Part shown: one piece after another, positions 43,496 through 57,309 of the stretch
Position numbering within the stretch: the stretch's first letter is position 1
Layout: every line of letters starts with the position of its first letter
Assembly: GCF_009914755.1 (NCBI RefSeq)
Contig: NC_060932.1
From: the human T2T-CHM13v2.0 reference genome, Homo sapiens
Strand: one strand, 5' to 3'
Length of the DNA stretch: 64,000 nucleotides
The notes under the pieces: model-generated
What the model saw: the letters and a program-made list of their open reading frames with translations, nothing else
What the model was told of the DNA's origin: nothing
Databases searched by the model: none
Program-made: the position numbers and the translations under genes

Positions 43496-45691
43496 AAAAA
43501 CCAAGAGTAGTTTTAAAAATAATTATCATCTCTGTTTAATCTTACTGCAATTTGACAGGCCCCCCTCTACTCTTAATCAATCTTAATATCTCTTGACTAT
43601 TATTATTTGCTGCCTATCTATAAAGGAAGAAAAAATATGTGACCTGGAAATAAAAAGCTTTTTATCAGAAGAAGTGGAATAGCAAACATTGTATAAACTG
43701 CATTGGCTATGATCAAAACAAACAAAAGTTGCTGATGACAAAATCAGAATGGAAGTCGCATTTTTGAGATATTGCTTCTTTAACTCTGACATTGGAGCAT
43801 GGGATGAACACTGTGAGTTAGCCTTATTCAATCCTGCACTTTCCTGGCCAAGTGGGACACATTTAGTGGCCACTGCCTCAACCACACTGCTGTGGAAGTC
43901 TGCAGCCGTCACCCCAGCTCCAACTGAACCCTTTATTCTGTAGCCGACACCCCAGCTCCAGCTGAACCCTTTATTTTCCACAAGTTGTCTGTCTAGCCTT
44001 GGCCTCTACCAGTAACTAAGAGATGGCTTTAGCCATATGCATTCAAGGTGCATTAATGCCTACCCGGCTCAGCACTGCACTACTCTCCCACTAACCCTGG
44101 GGTGAAAATGGTGCATCTGTAGAGAAGTGGGATGATCTAGGCAGCTCTGCTCCCTAGTCTGGCTGGAACTGGGGCACACAGTATGGCTTCCCTATGTGTA
44201 TCCTGGGGAACACTGTTTATGAAAAAGATGCCTCTAAAAAAATCAGGTTTCATGGTCAAATGACTTTGGAAAAGGCTGTAGTCTGAGTCGTCTTCTGGGA
44301 GTTTCACGATGCATATCGGCATATTAAAGGAAATGAAAGGGCCTGCAGTAAAGAATCCTACGATACTTTGTTTAACTCAGCAAGTTCCAAATTTATTTTA
44401 TTATGAACTGTCTTCCCACTAACACCTTTGAATATTGAAACTTAGTTTGGGAAATGCTGGAGACTACCCTATAATTAACAGCTGTGTGGCTTTGAATCTA
44501 ACTTCAAGACAACTTTTGTTTTCCCTGTCCAAAAATCATTGCTCAACAAAGGGTTAGTGGAAGAGTTAAACTACAAGTAGAAGGTTTAGATTTTCTCACA
44601 ACCAAACTATAAAATAATCTGGAAATTTTACCTTAATATAGGAAATCATATATTTTTGCAACCAAGATCAAGAAAAACATATTTTAAGTCACAATTACAA
44701 TAGTCCACAGCAGTGTATTCTTTATAAAAACATGTGCTATCCTGGGCCCACAACCCAATGTTGTATGTCTTTATATGTATAAGATGAAGTAAAGAACAAA
44801 GTGATTACCCAGATATTTCAAATCAATTTCTCTTTCTACAGTGATGCTTGTTCATTTTCAGATAATTCAAGTTTACTGGATTTGAATGTGGAATTGGAGA
44901 ACGTAGGAGCCTAAGTCACTTGAAAAGTTATCATAATTCTACACTATTTAAATACACTTCAACTACTGAAATATACCTTATTAAATAAATTAAGCCTTTA
45001 GGAAGATATGGCCAATCAGCCATCTTTGATATCACTAAGAAAATATCTACAATATTACATTATATAATATACTGAAAATTCCTCCAATATCTGAGAATTA
45101 ATGTTTCCACATTTCTAAGCATCCAATTTATTATGAAAGAAGATTTTAAGCACTAAGTACTATGGGTATATGCATCAAAGTCTCCTAAAAATCAGTTTCC
45201 CAGACATCAAACATCTAAAATAAAATTCATACATTTCCTTTTCAACTTCACACATCTCCAGTAATTCAAATAAAATCTGTTCACATTTCTGAAGGGGAAA
45301 TCCTGCTACCATGAAACTGATCTATATTTCAGGTTATCAATTTTTTTTAACTTAACACTTTAAAACCCATGCCAACCCATAAAAAGATCTATTTAGATTT
45401 AAATTTGAATGTCATTGCCTATTTCATTTTTTAAACTGAGAACCATAGAAATATAAATATGCAAAATTCTCTCCCTTCCCAAAACACAGTTGGGAAATGT
45501 GTCACATGGTAATACAATCTGAATCAAAGAGAACACTTTCCAGGATTTCCTCCTCCTAAAATCTGGGGGGAAAGGTAGCTGTTAATGAACTAGCTTAACA
45601 CTTCGATGTTAGATTGAACTTTCTCTTTACCCATTCCATTTCATGGTCAAAATGATCATGTTTTCAAGCAGCCCTAGCGGCAGTGCCTTAC

Positions 45692-45856
45692 CAGTGTAGA
45701 TGCTGGCATTGGAGGCTGGGATACCAAACTGTGACTCGATGAACTTGGGAATGAAGGTAATGAAAGCAGTTACAATGGCACTCTCAGCTGTGTATGACAA
45801 ACTCACAAAAAGGAATGTCATGTTGCTTAAGATCCTGACAGCTGCTCTTGGTAGGT
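45692..45856 (-). CDS. SLCO5A1: SLCO5A1 internal coding exon (probably exon 5)
   Basis: Acceptor ttttgtAG (45858-45857) and donor TG|GTAAGG (45691-45690). 165 bp, phase 1/1. The G|AC junction gives (D)LPRAAVRILSNMTFLFVSLSYTAESAIVTAFITFIPKFIESQFGIPASNASIYT(G), in frame with the upstream exon, and contains the OATP F-x-P-K-F/Y-x-E-x-Q-F motif. Confidence 0.97.
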
Positions 45857-46889
45857 CTACAAAATGACAAAAATGACAAATGAATGTTATAAACAATGGA
45901 TGGAAAACAAAATAAAACTGAATTGTTTTTGAAATGAACTGGAAATAGCCATTCAGCAACATTTGCCACCAAGGAATAAAAATAGAAAGATCTGATGACG
46001 ATTAGAAACCATCCTCTTTAAATAGATTTTCTTTTGTTTTTTTTTTTTAACTTTCAACCAGGATATGGAAATTAAGTAAAGTACCTAAAAACATACCCAT
46101 ACACAAATATCCTTATAAGCAGTACCCAACTGATAGTTCCTGTTTCAAAAACTGTTAGAATTATTTGCATTTCTTCAGTAATTAAGGCAATGCTATTTAT
46201 TGTTAAGGCCTTAAAGTCCACTAGATGTGTAAAGTGCCTGCAATGCAGCCTTAAATTACAATTTCCACTTCTCCCAAGTAATATTATTATGTAGCTATTC
46301 TGCTTCTGTGGGCATCTACATGATGTTATACTTCTGATTGTCAAGGCTCATTATGAAACAGGAAATAGTCACAGTTTAAAAAGCTAAAAGAATGAGGCCA
46401 TCAGGTCAGACACTCTGAGGTGCTTGAATTGGGGAACAAAGATCTCCAAAGAGGAAGGAGAGCTGAAAGGTGGGGGTTTAGCACCTGCTGAGCTGCCTCC
46501 AAGAAAGAAAGTAAAGCCTCACCCTTGAGTCTAGGCATTTATTTCACAGAACCTGCCATCTATGTGCTTCAAGGTATATGTGCAAGTATTTTCATTGGAG
46601 CATAATTTATAATACCAAAAATGTAGGAGGGGGGAATCTACATTTCCATCAGTGGGAAATGTTTAAATAAATGATGGCACAGCCATATAATGGAAAACTA
46701 GACAGTAGTTAAAAACAAAATAGAGCTGTATGTACTGGCATAAAAGAACTCCAAGAAATATTTGTATTAATGTGTAAAGCAAGCTGCAAAAATAGATGTA
46801 CATATATGTGTGTAATTCTATTTAATTAAAAATCAAACAAACCAAAACAATGTATTTTATATGGTCAAATATATACTTCTCAATCATAC

Positions 46890-47607
46890 TCATCCTACAG
46901 CCTCTTGTAAACACTGTAAATTAAAACGTCATATCCAAAATTTAGAACTTAGAAAGTTAAGATTACCTATCCACATTTAAAGATTCAAATTAAGCTTAGC
47001 AGTATATTAAAAGCCTATGTGTTAACTCTTAAACATCTGGGAAAAATATATAACACCAGACTATTAAGGTTTTGTGTTCTCTGAATTAATGTACATTTAT
47101 GTAATCTTTATGTATCTTCATAGAAAAGGTAAGCTGTATTATTTTTGGCAATACAGTCATCTCAGAACGGTTATCTCTTTCAACATAATAAAGTCATTTC
47201 ATTAAAATTAGCCTAGAATTTGTATTAAAGCTATAATTCATAGCCTCCTGTTGACCAAAATTTGAAACTTAGAAAGTTAAGACTGCTCACTGTCATCATT
47301 TTAAAATTTAAACTAAATTTAATGTTCTATATTTTAATTTAATTTCTAAAGTTTAAATTAACAATTTAAAATAAAAATTAAGATGCATGCTTTATTTTTT
47401 TACATGGATAAACACACCAGAGAAAAACATAAAGTGCTTCATAAAATCATCCTACAGCCTCTTGTAAACACTGTAAATTAAAATGTCATATCCAAAATTT
47501 AGAACTTAGAAAGTTAAGATTACCTATCAACATTTAAAGATTCAAATTAAGTTTAGCAGCATATTAAAAGCCAATGTGTTGACTCTAAAACATCTGGGAG
47601 AAATATA
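46890..47607 (+). repeat. 161-bp direct duplication (46890-47050 and 47447-47607)
   Basis: Ungapped alignment at offset 557 with 8 mismatches by manual comparison. Confidence 0.95.
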
Positions 47608-48535
47608 AAATAAATTTTTAACATAAGAAAGTAACATACTATCACATGACTGTTTTAAGAAATACTGGTTATATTGAACGGGTTTTTCTTCTATAGCCAT
47701 TTGGCATGATAAAATAGCCTTCTAATTTCAAGGGTAACTAAAAACATGCATGATGGTTCTCTCTTCTTTTATTAAAAAAGTCTGCTGTTATCTAAGAAGA
47801 ATTAGCAGAAGTTCAGACCTTCAACGACTCTAAGTTCCTTTCTTCTACCTTTCTCATTCTCCTTTACTGGGGCTGAGCTTTCAGCCTACAGCCCTCCAGG
47901 AGTTGGGGTGGGAGAACAGTATACAGGGTTGTACCTTTGGTTGGTGGGACTGGGTGATTTTTTACATCAAAGGAGACTTAGAAAGTTATAAATACATTGA
48001 AAATAATGGAAATCAGTTTTCTAACTGCCAAAGAAGAGAGTTACAAATATGGAAAGGGGGATCGTTCTACATCAGATTGGAACTGGAGGTACTGGTATGA
48101 ATTCATGGTTCAGATAGACAGATAGATAAATAGATTAGAAGAAGATAGATACATGGATGATAGACTGTGTGTGTGTTTGTATGTGGGTATAAATATAGGT
48201 CCTTCTCCGTCTGCTCACAAGGCTTAGAAGTAATGACACCCTGGTAGGAATGCATCCACCTAGCAACCAATTCTTGATTTCTAAAAACCATCTTCTAATA
48301 AAAGGAACAAGAGTTCCCTGGAAAAATGTCTAACTTTACAACTGGAGCAGAGATAATACAAGATAAGCCTAGAAAATCTTGTTGAACAAGAAAGCAAAAA
48401 TGTGCTCATGGAATGGTGAGGACATGTCATAAGGACACAGAAGACAGCTTGAAGGATTCTCAATAGCCCAATCTGGGACAATTTGACCTCTGTAGATGCT
48501 AAACCAGTAAGCAAAAATCTAATAGGAATGAGATA

Positions 48536-49161
48536 TAGTCGGTTTTTATTATTCACAGATTCCATATTTCCAAAGACATCTACTTGCTAAAATTTATTTG
48601 TAACCCCAAAAATTAACACTCACAGCACTTTCACAGTCACATGCAGACCAGAGAAAAATTTGAGTCGTCCAATGCACACATTCCCAGCTGAGGTGGAACA
48701 AGGTGACACTCTGCTTTCTTGTTTCTGCTGTCATATTGTAAACTCGTGTCCTTTCCATAATACATTGTCTCACATGCTTTGCATTTTTGTACTTTTTGTT
48801 GGTGATCTCATTGTTTAAAATCCCTTGTGCTGCAGTGCTGTCTAGGGTTCCTAAAGTGCAAAAGACTATGATGTGCCTTACGGAGAAAATACTCATGTTA
48901 GATAAGCTTCCTTCAGGCATGAGTTACAGTGCAATTGACCATAAGTTCAATGATAATGAATCAACCCTATATATTAAATAAGGAGTCTTTAAACAGAAAG
49001 ATACATAAAGCGAGGTCATGTATTGATTGACTGGTTGACGATTATGTTGTAATAGGAACCCAACCCTGTACCCTCCGTAGGAGTGAAGTTCAGTCCAGGC
49101 TAATCCAGTGTTCACAGTGACTTTATAGAACATAGCTGCCACAAATAATAGGTGTCAAATG
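48536..49161 (+). mobile_element. MER82 (Tigger family) nested in old L1M (about 47990-49870)
   Basis: ttattcacagattccatattt...ctacttgctaaaatttatttgtaacccc...ttcccagctgaggtggaacaagg; TA flanks. Confidence 0.8.
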
Positions 49162-50438
49162 TATTTACATAGCCTCAAAATATTTCCCCACAAAGTTCTT
49201 TTTAATTACTCATTGATTAATAATACATTATACTTATTAACTTTAGAATGAAGGAACCTGGCAAATACTATCTTATCCCAGTGATAAAAGCCTATTAGTG
49301 ATAGGGCAAATTAACACTATATGTCTCTGCTCCTATGTACTGAGCATAGCATCATTTCAGTGGTGTGCCTGCAAACATGCATAAATCAGGAAATATCACC
49401 AAATCCAAATTGAAGGATATTCAAAGTTAATGGATATTCAAAGTTAATGGATATACAAAGTTACTTGCTTGTACCTTTTTTAAAAGACCAAGGTCATGAG
49501 AAACAAAAAAGGATGAGTAACTGATTTAGGTTGAAGGAGACTAAAGGGCACAAAAACTAAACGCATGTGATCCTGGATTGAATCTTGGACATCATGGGCA
49601 TTATTGGGATAATCAGCAAAATTTGACTGGGGCCTATGGTTTAGATGATAGCACCAGATCAATGTGAATTGCCTGATTCTTATGGCTGTCCTGTGGTTAT
49701 ATAGGAGAGTGTTCTTGTACTTAGGAAACATACACTGAAGTATTAGGGACAGTAGAGTACCACACCCTCAATTTCTCAGAAATGTTAACAATTGGGGAAT
49801 CAGGATGTAGGGTACACTGGTGCCCTGTGCTATTTCTATAGCTTTCATGTAAATTCAAAATTATTTCAAAAACACAAAATTTAGAAGACTAAGTTAGCAA
49901 AGAAGTTGTTAAACCTTCCTAAATTTGCAACCAAATACTTAATTTTTATGCTACAGAATATATTTTAGATCAGTTTCTTGGTGTCATTTATAACTGTGTC
50001 ATTGTAAAACCAAAGATGCAGTAAAAAGCATGATGAAGGAGAGATGATGAAATAATGACAGTGATTATCAATTTTTGATCATTTAATGCTAGGAAATCTT
50101 ACAAATTCAGGCTGGCACTAAAACCAGGAGATGCCTTAAACAGTAGTAAAGTAGGAATAAAATTCAACACAAAGCACCAAAATTCAAGAGGTTATAATTT
50201 AAGGTGGTCTATACTCTGAAATCACTTTTAAAAGAAGTGTTAATAGCATTGGCAGATCATTTGCTCCTTCCAGGTGCATATCGATGACAGTATAGGCGGC
50301 CCCATCATCACGTGCACACGGACCTGGTGTTAAATTGTACTCCAATCACAACAGAGCTATGCTGCAATAAATCTGGTGCACCCAGGGGCCTCCAAAGCCT
50401 TTGGTCAAAATTCAGAAAATCTGAGATAGGTGGTGTGA

Positions 50439-50751
<313 letters not shown>

Positions 50752-50996
50752 GTGACCAGATTCTTATGGAAGCTGATAAGGGATGGTGTTTAGGAGAGAC
50801 TGGATCAGTCTCACTGAGGGCAGAGGCCGTAATTTATTCTCCAAACCTACTGATCACAGCATGATATAAGGCAGAAGGTATTGATATGTTTGTAATTTTT
50901 TGACCATTAGCCAAGTGGGTTCCAGCATGTGTGAATATTTTATGCTCATTTGTTAAATAAGTCATAATTTAAAGTCTGTATTTGATGAAGGTCTTT

Positions 50997-51145
50997 ATTT
51001 TTGTTTGTTTGTTTGTTTGTTTTAGATAGGGTCTCCCTCTTTTGCCCAGACCAGTATGCAATGAAGTGATCATAGCTCACTGCAACCTCAAACTCAGGGC
51101 TCAAGCAATCCTCCCACATCAGCCTCCCGAGTAACTAGTACTACA
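50997..51145 (-). mobile_element. 5'-truncated AluJ right arm
   Basis: (TTTG)n tail; TSD aaggtctttattt. Confidence 0.88.
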
Positions 51146-54100
51146 AAAGGTCTTTATTTGGATGAGCAAAGCTTAAACAAGCACCAACTTCGGTGAACCT
51201 GAAAGGTGCAATCATCTTTTCAAGTGGGCAGAGAGACGAACTTCCTGGAAGTTTATTTAGTTTGATAAGAAATATATCCCAGGCTGGAGAGGGCTCTGCA
51301 AGTCCCTGTCACACTGCAAGACCCATCCTCTGTGGCTCCTTATACAGAAGCTGCAAGGTTTTTACCATAGGACCTGATATCCCCAAATGAGCTGATTAGA
51401 CCAGGGAAGGAGGCGGGACTCAGAGGTGCTATCTACAGGCAACCCAACAGCCACCAGAAGCCTAAGGCACCCTATGTGAGCAAAGACTGGCCAAAAACCC
51501 CTTGGCTTTGTTTCCCTTGGAGTGTTTGCATTGGAGACTATAAAGGGCTAATTAGGCAGGGAGTATGAAGATTTGAGTGAGAGACAAAAGTAAGAAAAAC
51601 TGAACCTGGAGCCACAGTGGAGTCTGCAGAGTGACTGTGGAGCTCAATGGCAATGGGCACATCCCTATCTGCCAGGGGCCCAGCTGCTGGGGCTTCTCCT
51701 CTCCCCTGGAGCCTTGCACCAGAACCCCAGTATCTCAGGTGGCTGGAACTGGCTTCTGCTCTTTACAACCTGAAAGGATCTATATCATGTCTTTTTGCTG
51801 TTGTGTTAGATTACTGAAACAAACTTTGTTTTAATGATATATTTGAAAAATGTATGCCAACAAAGGGATTGACCAAGCATAAGAAGCATAAGAAGGCGGC
51901 CCAGCTACCATGAACACCACTGAGTGCGCCAGGCCTGTGAGAGCGGGCTGCTGCCTGCCCTTCCACTCTGTAGTCCTACGGTTGCCCTGCCCCAAGCTTC
52001 ATCCATGGCATGGTCTTCTTCATCTCTGTACTATTTGTGGTATTCCCCACCTATCTCCTTGGCAAATGTCAAACTCATCCATCAACTTTCAGGATTGGCA
52101 TCTGCCCCTGTAGGAAGCATCCACAGCTTCTCTAGACAGTCTAGGGGGCTCCCTCTCTGTGCTCCCATGTACTTGGTCCATAGCTCTAGTCATCAATTCT
52201 TAGGTAGCTGCATGTGTTTACCTGTCTGTTCCTTTCAGGAGACTATAAAAGCTATGACTGCAGGACCTTGGGGTATCTGTACATCTTCAGCTCCCAGCAT
52301 TCATCTGGCCTATAGGAGGCACTCAAAAAATATACTTGGAATGCATTTATTAACATTCTTTATTATATCACTGCAATAATTTGTACTAAAGCAATAGCCA
52401 TATACTTGTGAAAAAATGGAGTCCATTCCAAAGAGACATAATTTCCTCCTGGGGAGCAGGTTAAGAGCTAAGAAAGCATAAGTCATAAGATGAAAGGTGG
52501 TCCACAGTGGTGAACTCACTGAAAATAGAAAATTATGCTCCTTTTAAAAGTATGGTTCTTTAATGCTAAAGAATCCTTAATGGCATCAGATAAGATTATA
52601 AACTAAAATGTCCATTAAAGAAGAATTAAAATACTAACAGGAGAAACAGAAAATATACAATATTGTCCTTTATCCAGCATATCTGGGAAAGAGATATGCT
52701 TAATTTTTCAGATTTCTGAGTGATTGCCTCTTTAAGCAACAAAGCTTTAAATATTTTTGTTGTATTAACTGGTAATACTAGTGAATGCATAGCATAATCT
52801 GACATTTTCTTCAAGATTCAAAATCATAATTAGGAATACTAATTTCTGTGTGCTAATTAGTTTTTCACCATCTTTTTTAACCTTCATTAATTTTCTGATT
52901 AGTTTTTTTTTCTGGTTGCAAGAAAATTCCTTCCCCAGGATGTGTTGTTTGTGTGTTTGTTTTTACCCACCGACATTGTGCATCCACACCAACATTTCTT
53001 TTATGTTCTTCTAAAGAGCCCTTCTAAAAGTAAACATAAGCTATTAATTTTGTTCCTTTTACATCTTTTTTTAAAATTTAAACTGGGGGTGGGATGAGGA
53101 CTACTGCTTGTTTTATTATTATACAAAATAGATAAGTTAGTATTACTATGAAGCAGTTGACTAAATTTTATTACCCCAAAATGTACATTTCTACCCAGGT
53201 ATAAATTATGAGTATTAAATACCAAACAAACATACTGGCCCCTCTTAATGCTTTTCATAATTTTTGACATGGATATATCCACACATACTAACATTTATCT
53301 AAAATTTAGTAGCCCAGGCAGTTTATTTTCCTAATGTTTAAATTCCACTAAAATACATACCCTTTTAAAAAAATAATTTATTGTGCCAAAATTCACAGAA
53401 TATAAAATTAACTATTTTAAAGTAAAAATGTTAGTGGAATTTAGTACAGTCACGATGTTGTGCAACCACCACATCTATCTAGTTTCAAAATATAAATACT
53501 TTCTTACTATTAAAAAAAGTTAAGCATTTTATTTTCAGAAATGGGATTGGAATTCACTTTTATTTTATTCTCTAAATTTTCTGTCATGAACATGTATTAC
53601 TTTTAGGATCTTGTTTTAAAAGCTGCAATTTTAAAAGGATGCAGAAATGTGTCATCCCTGAACGTCCTCCCTGACTCAGGCAGCCAACATGGATTCCTTC
53701 CTCCTCTTCCTTCCACCTTCTTAGAATGTGCATATCTCCATTTTAGGACTTAACATATTAATATTGTGTCTACTTTCTTTTCTGCCTCCCTTTGAGGGCA
53801 AGGTCTGTAACTTTTCATGTATGCATCCTGAGTTCTTAGTCCTGTAGTGATTGTCCAATAAAGATATTTGTGAAAAAGAAAGAAAAATAAAAAAAGAAAT
53901 TTCCTTAGGATAGATATTGCCAGGCATTTATCTCAATACTTAAATTATTGGGCTCCATTTGGAAACCCATCTAGTCCTTTCCTAAAAGTCTTAAATAACA
54001 CCCATTTCTTATATAAAAGTACATTTTGAGAGAAGAGTGATCGAACAAGCAGACAAAGGCAGCTTAAAGGGACTAAAGTCAAACAAGGCATAAAATTCAC

Positions 54101-54397
54101 ATTGGGCACAGAGACCAAGAGTGAAGATGAAAGCAACCAGAGTAGAAGGTCATAGTTATATAAAAGATGGGGATTTTTATTGATAAATTTTAAAATAATG
54201 TGATACTGCCAAAATACAGGGTGCTTTGCAAAGCACATGGGCAGTACCAAGGCCTTTGCCTTGAGGGCATAGGAAAGGCCTCCTCAAGGGGGAGGATGAA
54301 AAGTGGTGTAATAAAGAAAGGCAGAGGGAACACCACGTGATAATTATGGCCGAAGGAGGCCAGTGAGCAGATACTCCAGCTAGAACACATAAGCTTC

Positions 54398-54935
54398 CAT
54401 ATTAATCATGTTTATAAATTTCTATATTTTATAATGCTTTGACTTCTTAAAAAGCTTGCCAGCCAGCGAGAGACTGCCCTCCCAGGACTATAGCCACTTC
54501 TTAGAGATAGCATTGGGCTCAGCTGCCACTGCGAGCATACCTTTCATAAGCAAACCAACCAATCCCAAGTTGGTAGCCCCAACCACCTCCTTATCTAACT
54601 CACACACACTTCACCTGTCCTAAATCACCCAGGGTCAGGTACCAGACAACTGGAGATCATCCTTATAGCCCACAGCCTGTGGACATTATTCAAACTAGCC
54701 AATCCTAAGCTCTTTCCCAAGGATATCCCAACAAAGGCTGTGGCCTAGACTCTGGCCTTGCTCCGATTCTGCCTCCTGACCAACCTGATGCTCCCCCTGT
54801 GGCCCTGCATGGCAAGGCATGCCCCCTTCTCTTAGGAAGTGTAAGTAATTTATTCTACCAGCGGTATTAACCTCGTCATATCATCACTCAGACATCTCTA
54901 TAAGTTAAAATCCCATGGGTGCAAATTATTGAACA
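54398..54935 (+). mobile_element. MER74-type ERVL solo LTR
   Basis: tattaatcatgttt...atgctttgac...gactgccctcccagg...tagagatagc...ttcaaactagccaatcctaagc. Confidence 0.7.
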
Positions 54936-54991
54936 GCCTTTAACATCTCATGAAACTTCTTGATCCTCTTCTTTTATGAGTACTTAAAGTG

Positions 54992-55350
54992 CAGTTGGTC
55001 CTCTATATCCATGGATTCTGCATCCATGGATTCTGCATCCATGGATTCAACCAACCACAGATTGAAAATACTCAGAAAAAAAAAATGAATGGGTGCATCT
55101 GTATTGAACACATCAGACTTTTTTATTATCCTTATTCCCTAATCAAGACCATATAACAACTATTTACATAGCATTAACATTGTATTAGGTATTATAAGTA
55201 ACAAGAGATGATTTAAAGTATACCAGAGGATGTGCGTAGCTTATATGCAAATACTGCACCATTTTTATATCAGAGACTTGAGCATCGTGGATTTTGGTAT
55301 CCACCAAGGAGTTCTGGAACCCATCCCCCGTGGATACCAAGGGATGACTG
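54992..55350 (-). mobile_element. MER2 (Tigger family MITE)
   Basis: TIRs cagttggtcctctatatccatgg / cgtggataccaagggatgactg; internal ttatatgcaaatactgcaccatttttatatcag. Confidence 0.88.
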
Positions 55351-56377
55351 TATTTAAATGTTCCATTATCTCTAATCTTGCAGTTCCTGTCATTTTTATT
55401 CTTTAAAGCCTTCTGGTGCGTCAAAAAGCTGGTGAAAAAATATGATCGTCCTGCAGTGAAAACCTTAGTAACTTCTATGGCCTGTGAATCTTGCATGATC
55501 CTGTATGTTCTTGAGCATTTGGCAGATACAACTTTTCCATGCTGTTATCCAGAAGAATCAAACTATTTTTAGTCAGGGTTTTCTGTAAAAGCAAAACCAA
55601 GACTGCTTATCATATGCAACATGGCCAACACAGGACCTATGTGCCCTCATTTCCTGCTCATTTTCTTTGAAAGAAATGATCCCACGGGTTTCCCAATCAT
55701 AAGGCCCCATGAAGGTACTCTAAGTCCTCCCTCCCCTCCAAAACACACCAGCAAATGGCATTTGCTGCTTGCCTGGAAAAGACAGGAGCTAGATGACACT
55801 AGCACGCCACAGTCACCTGGCAGCTTAGCACATTGAGCCTGAGACACTTGCCTACGACAAGGGGGTACACATGGCTGCCAGGGCCTAAAATACATCATTA
55901 GTGGCTCCTGGCCACAGTACTACCTTGCTTGTTTAAATCAGCACTCATGAGTATGTTCACATATCTTTCTAAGGAGATGCTACTTTGATGAGTCACCCCA
56001 CAGTTATTTTGCTGAGTATAGAGAAAGAGCTTTCTTTTTCAGGGTTTCTCTGCCTGGACTGTTACCATTTACCTTTCACCTCCTAAGCTGCAAGTCCAAA
56101 TCTAAAGATGTGGCTTACTACCAGAAATCATACATACAATAAAATAATAGACAGGAAAGAAACAAATAATTCGATACACAGAAAACATAAATAGAGCAGA
56201 GCATCCAAACCGGGAGAAAGAATTAAATGTGGCCATAAGACTTTTCCTGGGTTTTAGATTTGACTCTGACTTTCCTGGCCATCAAAGCAAAAAGCTATAT
56301 AATCATCATTATCAGAAACACAGAAACATTCTACTTTCTTCCTGGAAAACAAAGTTTTTCCTAACTATGTTCTGGAG

Positions 56378-56565
56378 CTGTGGTTTTCACAGTGCAGTTC
56401 CTGGACCAACAGCTTCAGTATCATCTGGGAAATTGTTAAAAAATGCTCATTCTCAGGCCGCACTCCAGACCTACTGAATCGGAGACTGTGGACTGGGGCC
56501 TAAAGACCTGGGTTTTAGGGAGCCTTTGTGGTGATGCTGTTGTAGGCTGGGTTTGAGAACCAATG
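56378..56565. mobile_element. MER5A (hAT-Charlie)
   Basis: attctcaggccgcactccagacctactgaatcggagact...gtttgagaaccaatg. Confidence 0.85.
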
Positions 56566-56989
56566 ATCCAAAGAAAGGGGTTTTATATAAAGGGCACTGA
56601 GCAACCATCCTATGGCAAGTATGGGGAATTCAAGCAGCAGCTTTCAATAAAACTGCAAACACAAAATTAAAGTGCTATTTAGCAAAGGCAGTATGCAAGA
56701 AGACTAAGAGCACAGGGCCCAGGCATGTAGCTTTTAGTGATCCCTCTTTGCTGCGTCAAAAACTGACCTGGACACATTCATACTATACTTGTTCCAAAAC
56801 ACCTAGCAAAGGAGCATATGCAATGGTTCTGGGTGTTCTTAGGCAGCTCAAGTTCAGAATCTATTCCTTCTGCTTCTCTCAACTAGTTCCTCTCCCCATT
56901 ATCTGAGGTTCAAACCCTATAATCACCTCTGGTATCTCTCTCCATCATTCCCATATCAGTTGTCACACCCTAAAGAAATGACCTGTTTC

Positions 56990-57300
56990 ACCGGGCGCAG
57001 TGGCTCACACCTGTAATCCCAACATTTTGGGAGGCCGAGGCAATGGATCATCTGAGGTCAGGAGTTCAAGACCAGCCTGGCCAACATGGTGAAACCCCAT
57101 CTTTACTAAAAATACAAAAATTAGCCAGGTGTGGGGGTGGGTGCCTGTAATCCCAACTACTCAGGAGGCTGAGGCAGGAGAATCACTTGAGCCTTGGAGG
57201 CGGAGGTTGCAGTGAGCAGAGATCACGCCACTGCACTCCAGAGCAAGACAGAGTGAGACAAAGCAAGACAGTCTCAAAAAAAAAAGAAAAAGAAAAAGAA
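56990..57300 (+). mobile_element. AluS
   Basis: Full dimer; TSD-like aaagaaatgacct; small internal duplication near the 3' end. Confidence 0.93.
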
Positions 57301-57309
57301 ATGACCTCT

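Noticed and set aside
43855-43875. CTCF-like TGGCCACTAAATGTGTC (minus strand)
   Set aside because: Misses key core positions (AG and GGC).
45627-45962. 111-aa ORF
   Set aside because: The 165-bp exon plus in-frame intronic flanks.
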